A DNA stretch of 63,970 nucleotides from an uncultured Gammaproteobacteria bacterium (GCA_964347135.1 CAYFXA010000003.1:1-63970), one strand, 5' to 3'; shown: positions 36,678 through 43,944, numbered from the stretch's first letter. Notes: generated from the letters alone by a model not told the origin. Numbers and translations: made by a program.

Positions 36678-37226
36678 TCAACCAAACCTAATCTTTGCGA
36701 ACTCTTTCCAAGTTCTAGAACTACCCCTCTGTTCGTAAAGATATATTGAATCAATCTCAAACTCTATTTTACCTCTAAATCTAGCAAGTTCTTTTTTAAT
36801 TTTAGGCAAAACCTCTTTGGGAACTTTCTCCGCTATGGTCATATGGGGCGTATATTCTGACGGCGTATATTTGTGTCCTTTAAAAACATTCTTGATTTTC
36901 CCTTTAAGGGCTTTAGTGGTTTTAACCAAAAACTTTTTCATTAAATCCGCCGAGCCTTCGTCTAGTCTAAAATAGACTACATTATTCCTCTTGTTTTCAA
37001 AGAAATCTACCGAATCACATTTCACTTTCGCTACTGGGGTTTTTGAAAAACTTTTTTTAAGAGTGTTTATTACTTCTTTTTGTGAACTAGTAATTAAAAA
37101 AGGAGGATATATTGTGATATGCGGGGGAATCGCGTATCCCGTATATTTTGCATATTTCTCCCTATATTTATCAACAAAATCGCAGACTTTTCTTGGAGGA
37201 ACAACAATTACCAAATACCAGTTCAT
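36678..37226 (-). CDS. 2H phosphoesterase superfamily protein (LigT / 2'-5' RNA ligase-like)
   Basis: 182 aa with two HxT motifs: PPHITIYPPF and TPHMTIAEK. Confidence 0.8.
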   Translation of the reverse strand: MNWYLVIVVPPRKVCDFVDKYREKYAKYTGYAIPPHITIYPPFLITSSQKEVINTLKKSFSKTPVAKVKCDSVDFFENKRNNVVYFRLDEGSADLMKKFLVKTTKALKGKIKNVFKGHKYTPSEYTPHMTIAEKVPKEVLPKIKKELARFRGKIEFEIDSIYLYEQRGSSRTWKEFAKIRFG

Positions 37227-37232
37227 AACCCA

Positions 37233-37241
37233 ATTCTACCA
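37233..37241 (-). promoter_or_regulatory. extended -10 TGGTAGAAT, 6 nt upstream of the ATG (leaderless design)
   Basis: The minus strand reads TTTTGGTAGAATTGGGTTATG, a near-copy of the EamA promoter block. Confidence 0.4.
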
Positions 37242-37266
37242 AAACATCCTTCCTGGGGAAATTAAA

Positions 37267-37295
37267 AGCCAAAAAGCCCTCTGTTTCGGGCTTTT
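37267..37295 (-). terminator. possible rho-independent terminator (minus strand)
   Basis: The minus strand reads AAAAGCCCGAAACAGAGGGCTTTTTGGCTTTT. The GC stem is short (GCCC/GGGC plus A-U pairs). Confidence 0.4.
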
Positions 37296-37300
37296 ATATT

Positions 37301-37420
37301 CTTAGCTCCCCCTAAAGAACTTATTCTGCAACCAAGAGATAGAGTTTGACTTTACCTTTTCTGAGGTTAAAACAAACTTTGGTTTGTTGGGATAATTTTC
37401 GGACCTGCTTATTTATTGGG
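37301..37420. repeat. island repeat, copy F (split form)
   Basis: The left part is CTTAGCTCCCCCTAAAG (37301-37317). The core TTGGGATAATTTTCGGACCTGC (37387-37408) lies ~70 nt further on. Confidence 0.45.
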
Positions 37421-37526
37421 ATGAGTATGGAAGATGTTCTGGTAACAAACAAAAAGTCTCGCTTTATTGGTAGGCTAATGCCAAAAGCACAACAAAACGA
37501 GACTTGTATTGGGGGATCCAGGCAAG

Positions 37527-37760
37527 CTATCTGAGGAGATAGAGTTTATTGGCACCGGCCAGAATAGTCTCGCCCTCGGCGACATCTACTTCTGAGCCTT
37601 TCTGGTGGATTGACTCAACCTTGACCATTACACCAGTTGTTCCAGGATCTCTATCTAGTTGTACTGCGGCTTCAATATGGTGGTCGCCTTGACCAGCCTT
37701 ATACTGAACCCTTTGTCCTTTCCTCAACTTGCTTAATCCCTCATAACCTATGCGTTCCAT
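37527..37760 (-). CDS. hypothetical small protein
   Basis: 77 aa with a strong SD (AAGGAAGGAG) 6 nt upstream of the ATG. No motif recognised. Confidence 0.5.
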   Translation of the reverse strand: MERIGYEGLSKLRKGQRVQYKAGQGDHHIEAAVQLDRDPGTTGVMVKVESIHQKGSEVDVAEGETILAGANKLYLLR

Positions 37761-37809
37761 GATTAGCTCCTTCCTTTAAGGACTAATAGAAACACAGGTT
37801 GATGAGGGT

Positions 37810-37838
37810 ATTATAAATTATATGTGATGAATAGTCAA
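37810..37838 (-). promoter_or_regulatory. canonical sigma70 promoter TTGACT-17-TATAAT
   Basis: The minus strand reads TTGACTATTCATCACATATAATTTATAAT. It lies between the tRNA-Asn 3' end and the first island gene. Confidence 0.55.
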
Positions 37839-37854
37839 ACTATAGGATACATTG

Positions 37855-37926
37855 CTCCGCGGGTAGGATTCGAACCTACAACCAACTGCTTAACAGGCAG
37901 CCGCTCTACCATTGAGCTACCGCGGA
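37855..37926 (-). tRNA. tRNA-Asn (anticodon GTT)
   Basis: Hand-folded as TCCGCGG-TA-GCTC..GAGC-G-GCTGC CTGTTAA GCAGT-TGGTT-GTAGG TTCGAAT CCTAC-CCGCGGA-G. CCA is not encoded. Confidence 0.93.
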
Positions 37927-37958
37927 ATGGTGGCTTTATTTTACCAAATTTGAGCTAT

Positions 37959-39047
37959 TTATTCTAGATAATCCTGGAGTTTTTTTCTTCTTGAAGGATG
38001 CTTAAGTTTTCTCAATGCTTTAGCCTCAATCTGCCTAATTCTTTCCCGAGTAACGCCAAATTCCTTGCCTACTTCTTCCAAAGTCATCGGTTGGTAACCA
38101 TCCAAACCAAATCTCATTTTAAGAACTCTGGCTTCTCGGTCCGACAAACTCTCCAAAACTTCCTCAATGTTTTCCTTTAAGAGCTGCTTTGATGCTTGGT
38201 CAACTGGCGAGGGCTGAGTCTCATCTGGAATAAAGTCTCCTAAAAGAGAGTCTTCTTCATCACCAACAGGTTTTTCCAAAGAAGTCGTGTCTTGAGCAAT
38301 TTTGAAAATTTCTCTAACTCGATCGGGGTCAAGTTCCATCTCCTTACCAATTTCCTCAGCCGTTGGTTCTCTGCCTAGTTGCTGGGCTAGTTTCCTTGAA
38401 GTCCGAATGAGCTTGTTAATCGTTTCCACCATGTGAACCGGAATCCTGATAGTTCTTGCCTGGTCAGCAATGGCTCGAGTAATTGCCTGCCTTATCCACC
38501 AGGTGGCGTAGGTAGAGAATTTATAACCTCTGCGCCAATCATATTTTTCCACTGCCCGCATTAATCCCTGATTACCCTCTTGAATCAAATCCAAAAAACT
38601 CATTCCCCGACCCGCATATTTTTTGGCAATGGAAACAACTAGTCTCAAATTAGACTGAATCAGTCTCTTTTTCGCGGCTCGACTGCCTTTTTCCACTCCT
38701 TGGGCAAGGTCAATCTCTTGTTCAGCGGTTAGCAAAGGAATCCTGCCAATTTCTTTCAGATACATTCGGACCGGGTCAGTTAGGGTTTTGTCTTCTAAAG
38801 TTGCTAAAACCTCAAGCTCTTTAGCCAATTCCGTTGTTGCCTTCTCATCCTCAGCCATTTCCTCTTCGGTCACGGATTCAAAAACATCCACGCCTTCGGC
38901 TAAAAACTTAGTATAAAGGTCATCTAATTCCTCAACCCTTTCCTCCGCATCGGGAAAAAGCTTAAGAATCTCCTCTTGGGTAATAAAACCCTGTTTTTTT
39001 CCTTTATCAATAATTTTGTTGATATTAATTTTCTTCTTTTTTGCCAT
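37959..39047 (-). CDS. rpoD: RNA polymerase primary sigma factor (sigma-70)
   Basis: 362 aa. Region 2 is [27 protein letters not shown]. Region 4 is [26 protein letters not shown]. Confidence 0.95.
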   Translation of the reverse strand: MAKKKKININKIIDKGKKQGFITQEEILKLFPDAEERVEELDDLYTKFLAEGVDVFESVTEEEMAEDEKATTELAKELEVLATLEDKTLTDPVRMYLKEIGRIPLLTAEQEIDLAQGVEKGSRAAKKRLIQSNLRLVVSIAKKYAGRGMSFLDLIQEGNQGLMRAVEKYDWRRGYKFSTYATWWIRQAITRAIADQARTIRIPVHMVETINKLIRTSRKLAQQLGREPTAEEIGKEMELDPDRVREIFKIAQDTTSLEKPVGDEEDSLLGDFIPDETQPSPVDQASKQLLKENIEEVLESLSDREARVLKMRFGLDGYQPMTLEEVGKEFGVTRERIRQIEAKALRKLKHPSRRKKLQDYLE

Positions 39048-39071
39048 CTTTATTTCTCTACCAATATTATA

Positions 39072-40871
39072 CTACGTCTCAAGTTCAGAGAGCTCAACAG
39101 ATAAATCTCGAAACTGTTCGTGCAATTTCTTTAACTTCTCTTTTTCCCTTTTGGTTGGCTTTTCCACTTTTTCCAACTCACCTATTTGATTACCAATTTC
39201 TTTAAGCGCTTCTCTTAAGTTTAACCTCCTTAAGTCTCGTTTTGTTCTAAGGAGTTCTTTTCTGAACTTTTCTTCACTTTCAATTAAATCAGCTATCTCT
39301 AATAAATAAAGCTTGTCAAAAGCTTCTTTTAATTCAGCTGGCAGCATTTTGGCAAGGCGCTGGCTATCAAGGGTTTTGTAACGCTTAAAATATTTGCCTA
39401 AAGCCTCAACAATATTTTGAAAGCGTGGTGTTTTAATCAGTTTTTGAACTTCTTTTTTCCTTAACATTTGCCAATTTTCTGATTGAAAAGCCAGAGCTAA
39501 GAGGTGCTCTTCCAAAACCTCTCTTCGACTCATTTTTTCAACTTTCTCGTAATCCTTTCTTTCTAAGGGTGTCTTGGCACTTTCTTCACTAATAAACTTA
39601 GCTACTTCAGCTGCGACTGCTTCCTCTTCAACCCGAAGTTTGTCAGCCAATTGACGCACGTAATGAGCCTGAACAACCTTATTACTAATCTTGGCAAGAA
39701 TTGGGGTTAATTCTAAACTAATCTTCCGCTTGCCATCAATGGTTCGGGCATCAAACCGAGAAAAAGCCGAATCAAGAAAATAATCATAAATGGGCACGGC
39801 TTGTTTAACCTGCTGGCGCCAAAGCTTGGGTGTTTTCTGAGCAACTTCATCAGGATCTTTGCCTCCTTTTACCTCAATCACATTAATCGCCATGCCCGCA
39901 GCATCAGCCAGTTCAATCCCTCTTCGCGCTGCCTGGTCACCAGCAACATCCTGGTCCAAAGCTAAAATAATATTTTGGGTAAAGCGACTTAACAAATCGA
40001 CTTGACCTTGAGTTAAGGCTGTGCCCTTAAGAGCAACCACATTACCCACCCCTGCCTGAATCGAAGAAATAGCATCCAATTCTCCCTCAACAACAATGGC
40101 TCGGTCAGCTTTTTTAATTGCTTTTTTAGTTTCCACCAAGCCATAAAGCAAATCAGACTTATGATAAACCAAGGTTTCTGGGGTATTAATGTATTTAGCT
40201 TCTTCCTGCTTAGGATCAAGAGTCCTTCCAGCAAAACCAACAACATTATTCCGACGGTCGCGCAAAGTAAACATCAGGCGACCCCGAAAACGATCATAAT
40301 AACCCCGCCTTTTCTCACTCTTAATCACCAACCCCGCCCTTTCCAAATCTTCTTTTCTGTATCTTTTTTTCTTAACCAAATAATCTTGCAAAGCTTCCCA
40401 TAAATTAGGCGAGTAACCAAGTTTAAAGTTTGCTAAAGATTCCCGACTGATCCCCCGCCCAAGAATATAATTAAGGGCTTTTCTGCCAACCGGATGTTTG
40501 GTTAAAAGATAATGGTAATACTCACTAGCTAAATGATTAATCTCATAAAGGCGTTGTTTTTGCCTCTCGCTTTCAGAAGGCCGATAGCGCCGAAGTTTAA
40601 TACCAGCCCGTTTAGCTAAGGTTTGTAAAGCCTCGCCAAACTCCATGTTTTCCGTGAGCATGGTGAACTTAAAAATATCGCCACCCTCCCCACAGCCAAA
40701 GCACTTAAAAATCTGGCGTTCGGGAGAAACAATAAAAGAAGGAATTTTCTCGGAATGAAAGGGACAAAGAGCCTTGAAATTACGCCCGGTTTTCTTTAGA
40801 GGAACGGATTCATTAATCAATTCAACGATATCAATCTTTCGTCTGATTTCTTCTAATCGGTCTTCGGCCAT
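39072..40871 (-). CDS. dnaG: DNA primase DnaG
   Basis: 599 aa. The CHC2 zinc finger is CPFHSEKIPSF..CFGCGEGGD and the Toprim motif is VVEGELD. It sits directly upstream of rpoD, the classical order. Confidence 0.95.
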   Translation of the reverse strand: MAEDRLEEIRRKIDIVELINESVPLKKTGRNFKALCPFHSEKIPSFIVSPERQIFKCFGCGEGGDIFKFTMLTENMEFGEALQTLAKRAGIKLRRYRPSESERQKQRLYEINHLASEYYHYLLTKHPVGRKALNYILGRGISRESLANFKLGYSPNLWEALQDYLVKKKRYRKEDLERAGLVIKSEKRRGYYDRFRGRLMFTLRDRRNNVVGFAGRTLDPKQEEAKYINTPETLVYHKSDLLYGLVETKKAIKKADRAIVVEGELDAISSIQAGVGNVVALKGTALTQGQVDLLSRFTQNIILALDQDVAGDQAARRGIELADAAGMAINVIEVKGGKDPDEVAQKTPKLWRQQVKQAVPIYDYFLDSAFSRFDARTIDGKRKISLELTPILAKISNKVVQAHYVRQLADKLRVEEEAVAAEVAKFISEESAKTPLERKDYEKVEKMSRREVLEEHLLALAFQSENWQMLRKKEVQKLIKTPRFQNIVEALGKYFKRYKTLDSQRLAKMLPAELKEAFDKLYLLEIADLIESEEKFRKELLRTKRDLRRLNLREALKEIGNQIGELEKVEKPTKREKEKLKKLHEQFRDLSVELSELET

Positions 40872-40909
40872 AATAATTCCCGCAAAATTAACGCAAAATT
40901 AACGCATTA

Positions 40910-41638
40910 TTAAAATTTGGGGACAACCTTTGAAACAAATTCTTTTTTCCTATATTTCCTTAGCAAATCCAAATCAATCTCCGCCTGAATTATGCCTCCA
41001 TTTTTGCTCATGGCAAGAACTTTACCTTCAAAGTTGATTACATCCAAAAGAGATGATTGTCCTATCGCACCTGTTGCCCCAATTAAATAAGCTTTGTTGA
41101 GCATGGCTATGGCCCTATCTAATAAAAGCCAATGTTCACAAAACTTCCCAAATTTTGGATCATCTAAGCCATAACCTCGAGAATTAATAATAATCTCAGC
41201 ATCAAAAGGCTGTTTAAAAGACCATTGGTCTCGGCAGACGACGAGCCCCATTGTTCCGAACTCCGTTTTGATCCCTTTTTTAGAGAATTTTCCAGGAGAA
41301 ATACCTGCTTTCTCTTCAAAACTTGCGAGTTTCACTTTTCTTTGCTTCCCCACTATTTTTCCCTTTTTATCAATAAGGATGCTGGTGACGTACTTTCGCC
41401 CCCGGATTTTCTCAACCATGCCAAAAACTAAATTAAGAGCCTTCTTTTTTACATAATCTTGAAGAAAAAGAAAAGAATCATCAGTAAATTCTACTCCTGA
41501 ATAAAGATTCTCTCCATCCAAAAAATATTCAGGAAAACAAATTAAGGAATTGGTTTTGAGACCTTTAAAAGAACCAAAAAGTTTTTCCAATTGCTTTCTT
41601 GATTTTTGGGTTTTACAGGAAATAGCGTAGACTTTCAT
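40910..41638 (-). CDS. carbon-nitrogen hydrolase (nitrilase superfamily) protein
   Basis: 242 aa. The E-K-C triad contexts are FPEYFL, RKVKL and VVCRDQW. Confidence 0.75.
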   Translation of the reverse strand: MKVYAISCKTQKSRKQLEKLFGSFKGLKTNSLICFPEYFLDGENLYSGVEFTDDSFLFLQDYVKKKALNLVFGMVEKIRGRKYVTSILIDKKGKIVGKQRKVKLASFEEKAGISPGKFSKKGIKTEFGTMGLVVCRDQWSFKQPFDAEIIINSRGYGLDDPKFGKFCEHWLLLDRAIAMLNKAYLIGATGAIGQSSLLDVINFEGKVLAMSKNGGIIQAEIDLDLLRKYRKKEFVSKVVPKF

Positions 41639-41645
41639 TTCTTAG

Positions 41646-41732
41646 CGGAGAGGGTGGGATTCGAACCCACGATAGCCTTTCGACTATACACGCTTTCCAA
41701 GCGTGGGCATTAAACCACTCTGCCACCTCTCC
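41646..41732 (-). tRNA. tRNA-Ser (anticodon GGA)
   Basis: GGAGAGG...CACGC TTGGAAA GCGTG, a long variable arm, then GTGGG TTCGAAT CCCAC CCTCTCC G. Confidence 0.9.
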
Positions 41733-42211
41733 TAAAATAACTTTTGTTGTTTTTCTGTTTCCTCTAAAATCCCTTTTGCCTTTTTTAAGGCTTTCTTTTC
41801 TGAATCAAAAGTTAACCGTTCGTAAGCCTCTTTAAAAGAAAGCCATTTAATTGCCGCGATTTTTTCCGCGTCTTCCTTTTTCTTTCCCTTCCCCTGATAT
41901 TCCATTAAAAATAAGGCAATTGTTTTAAAAATTCTGTTTTTGTTTTCGTCGTAGAAAAAGACTCTTAGGCTATCAACCTTTTCAACGACGTTTGCCTTGA
42001 TTCCTGTTTCTTCTTCTACTTCCCTTTTTGCTGTTTCTGTTGATTGCTCTCCTTCCTCAACCCAACCCTTGGGAAATTGCCAACGACCTTTACTCCAATG
42101 TCCGCCTCCTTCTGGTTGAATAATTAACCATAGAATTTCACCATTCTCCTTTTTAAAAACCACCCCACCAGCAGAATATTCCTTTTTAACTGGCTTTTTC
42201 TTTTTAGCCAT
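41732..42211 (-). CDS. NUDIX hydrolase
   Basis: Start moved to the ATG at 42211 (MAKKKKPVKKEY), because the 20 upstream codons of the track ORF are the reverse image of tRNA-Arg. The Nudix box is GWVEEGEQSTETAKREVEEETG. Confidence 0.85.
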   Translation of the reverse strand: MAKKKKPVKKEYSAGGVVFKKENGEILWLIIQPEGGGHWSKGRWQFPKGWVEEGEQSTETAKREVEEETGIKANVVEKVDSLRVFFYDENKNRIFKTIALFLMEYQGKGKKKEDAEKIAAIKWLSFKEAYERLTFDSEKKALKKAKGILEETEKQQKLF

Positions 42212-42212
42212 G

Positions 42213-42285
42213 CGTCCCTGAGAGGATTCGAACCTCCGACCCTCAGTTTCGGAAACTGATACTCTATCCACTGAGCTACAGGGAC
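42213..42285 (-). tRNA. tRNA-Arg (anticodon CCG)
   Basis: GTCCCTG-TA-GCTC..GAGT-A-TCAGT TTCCGAA ACTGA-GGGTC-GGAGG TTCGAAT CCTCT-CAGGGAC-G. Confidence 0.9.
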
Positions 42286-42291
42286 TCAGGG

Positions 42292-42378
42292 CGGTGGGAG
42301 AGGGATTCGAACCCCCGTAAGACTTTCATCTCGCTTGGTTTTCGAAACCAGCCCGTTAAACCACTCCGGCATCCCACC
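42292..42378 (-). tRNA. tRNA-Ser (anticodon CGA)
   Basis: GGTGGGA...anticodon loop TTCGAAA, a long variable arm (AGAT GAAA GTCT), then GGGGG TTCGAAT CCCTC TCCCACC G. The anticodon stem has one mismatch or bulge. Confidence 0.82.
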
Positions 42379-42383
42379 AATAG

Positions 42384-42457
42384 TGCGCCCAGTGAGACTC
42401 GAACTCACAACCTTCTCGTTCGCAACGAGATGCTCTTTCCAATTGAGCTACGGGCGC
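42384..42457 (-). tRNA. tRNA-Arg (anticodon GCG)
   Basis: GCGCCCG-TA-GCTC..GAGC-A-TCTCG TTGCGAA CGAGA-AGGTT-GTGAG TTCGAGT CTCAC-TGGGCGC-A. Confidence 0.9.
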
Positions 42458-42462
42458 ATTTA

Positions 42463-43041
42463 TCAAGAAGGTGTTTCTAAAGGAACCCGTTGCGAGACCC
42501 ACTCGCTTGACCGATCAATCCAGGTTTTTTCTGGTTCCTCAAAAAGAAGATAATCAGAAAGAATCTTTTCAACTTGTTCCCGTTTTGCCTCACCCAATAA
42601 GATCAACAACCGCCGCGATAAACCAAACAAAGTCTCAACATTTAAAATCTTATCCCCGAATTTTTCCGTGAACCAAAATCTCCCGAGTCCCTCCCAATCA
42701 TATTTTCTCTTCCCAGTAACAATCCCCCGATTGGTAATTTTATGCTCGACTTTTCGGGGCTCAACCGTGGCCATGATATAAACCACAAAAGCCAAAGCAA
42801 TTAGAACCAAAATCAAAACCCACTCCCTTAAAAAAAGCAAAATCACAATTGACAAAAAAACAAAGGCTCCGGCAGTGGTAAAAAACTCCCGGCTGCGCCT
42901 TTTGAAGGGTCTGTCAGGAGCCGACCAAGTAAGCAAGGTTTTTAATGGCTCTGGTCTGACCACTTGGACTTTCTCATTCTCAGGCTTTTCCTTTTTCAAA
43001 GTACTTGGTGGAGTTTTTGGTTGTTTTTCTTGAGCAGGCAT
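42463..43041 (-). CDS. hypothetical membrane protein
   Basis: 192 aa with a basic N-terminus and two adjacent hydrophobic helices (FFTTAGAFVFLSIVILLFL, VLILVLIALAFVVYIM). It is bracketed by tRNA genes. Confidence 0.5.
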   Translation of the reverse strand: MPAQEKQPKTPPSTLKKEKPENEKVQVVRPEPLKTLLTWSAPDRPFKRRSREFFTTAGAFVFLSIVILLFLREWVLILVLIALAFVVYIMATVEPRKVEHKITNRGIVTGKRKYDWEGLGRFWFTEKFGDKILNVETLFGLSRRLLILLGEAKREQVEKILSDYLLFEEPEKTWIDRSSEWVSQRVPLETPS

Positions 43042-43083
43042 GTTTTTTCTTTAATTAATCTTTAACAACTCTATTGTAACATG

Positions 43084-43170
43084 CGGTGGGGGTGGGATTC
43101 GAACCCACGATGGTCTTACGACCATACTGCTTTTCAAGAGCAGCGCAATCGTCCACTCTGCCACCCCACC
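43084..43170 (-). tRNA. tRNA-Ser (anticodon TGA)
   Basis: GGTGGGG...CTGCT CTTGAAA AGCAG, a long variable arm, then GTGGG TTCGAAT CCCAC CCCCACC G. Confidence 0.9.
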
Positions 43171-43173
43171 TGG

Positions 43174-43259
43174 CGGAAGGAGTGGGATTCGAACCCACGT
43201 GGCCTTTTCAGACCAACGGTTTAGCAAACCGCCCCGTTTAACCACTCCGGCATCCTTCC
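43174..43259 (-). tRNA. tRNA-Ser (anticodon GCT)
   Basis: GGAAGGA...GCGGT TTGCTAA ACCGT, a long variable arm, then GTGGG TTCGAAT CCCAC TCCTTCC G. The next 3 nt (43171-43173) read CCA and abut the next tRNA. Confidence 0.9.
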
Positions 43260-43296
43260 TAAATTGTCTCTATTTTAACAAAAAATGGCTTAAATT

Positions 43297-43944
43297 TCAC
43301 CTTGCCAAAGTCAATCCCCAAACCTCTTTTACGCCTGCTTTTTTAAGTACTAGACCGCATTCGCGCAAAGTGGAGCCCGTTGTCCAAACATCATCAAAAA
43401 GAATAACCTTTTTTAATTTAGCCTTAGGAGTAATTTTAAAAGCGTTACGAATGTTCTTTTTCCGCTCTTTTCCCTTTAAATCAACTTGAGGTTTGGTGTA
43501 TTTGTAACGAATTAAGACATCATTTCGAATGCCTGAACCAAGCTTCCGAGCTAATATCTTGCCCAAGAGCTCGGCCTGATTAAAGCCTCGCCAGCGTTGG
43601 CGGCGAGGATGAAGGGGAATGGGAACAAGGGTGAAAGATTTGAAATAAGGTAGTTTGGGAGTTAATCCAATCAGCTCTTCAGCCAAATCAGTGATAAATT
43701 TGTATTTCAATTGACCAATTGCTTCTTTTACAATGCCTTCGTAAGCAAAAATTGAAGTTAAATTATCAAGCGAGTATTTAGTTTGGCAACGAGGATGGGT
43801 TTTGCCCCCAATGGCTGGTTTTTGACAAACCGGGCAAATTGGCTTCTCAACTGACTTAATTTTCTTTAGACATTCCTGACAAAAATACTTTCCCCACTGA
43901 CCACAACCCAAACAGCAACGGGGAAATAAAAAGTCAAGCAGCAT
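43297..43944 (-). CDS. comF: ComF-family phosphoribosyltransferase-like protein
   Basis: 215 aa. N-terminal Cys pairs are CLGCG..CQEC and CPVC..HPRC. The PRT motif is ILFDDVWTTGSTL. Confidence 0.85.
   Translation of the reverse strand: MLLDFLFPRCCLGCGQWGKYFCQECLKKIKSVEKPICPVCQKPAIGGKTHPRCQTKYSLDNLTSIFAYEGIVKEAIGQLKYKFITDLAEELIGLTPKLPYFKSFTLVPIPLHPRRQRWRGFNQAELLGKILARKLGSGIRNDVLIRYKYTKPQVDLKGKERKKNIRNAFKITPKAKLKKVILFDDVWTTGSTLRECGLVLKKAGVKEVWGLTLAR

Noticed and set aside
37346-37534. 62-aa plus-strand ORF (MTLPFLRLKQTLVCWDNFRTCLFIG...)
   Set aside because: It is built from island repeat copy F (the WDNFRT segment), has no SD or promoter, and sits in the 3' region of a minus-strand module. 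I treat it as a chance ORF over a repeat, not a gene.
32700-37855. Canonical integron (intI plus attC with RYYYAAC/GTTRRRY cores)
   Set aside because: No tyrosine recombinase is present in the window. Only one GTCTAAC (36666-36672) was found, and it is at the wrong end relative to the cassette gene. I report an integron-like organisation only as an analogy.
32700-37855. CRISPR array
   Set aside because: The repeats are degenerate, of unequal length and separated by 0.4-1 kb of protein-coding sequence, not by 25-50 nt spacers. No cas genes are present.
41732-42271. N-terminal 20 codons of the NUDIX track ORF (MDRVSVSETEGRRFESSQGR)
   Set aside because: This segment is the reverse image of tRNA-Arg(CCG). 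The CDS was trimmed to the ATG at 42211.
43171-43173. Encoded CCA on tRNA-Ser(GCT) as evidence that tRNAs here encode CCA
   Set aside because: The other six tRNAs in the window lack it, and the three bases also form the junction to the next tRNA. This is probably fortuitous.
42335-43489. Track ORFs 42335-42553(+), 43051-43245(-) and 43199-43489(+)
   Set aside because: They are read-throughs of tRNA genes (for example GGFEPT-type translations of T-arms) or antisense to comF. The tRNA folds explain the sequence.
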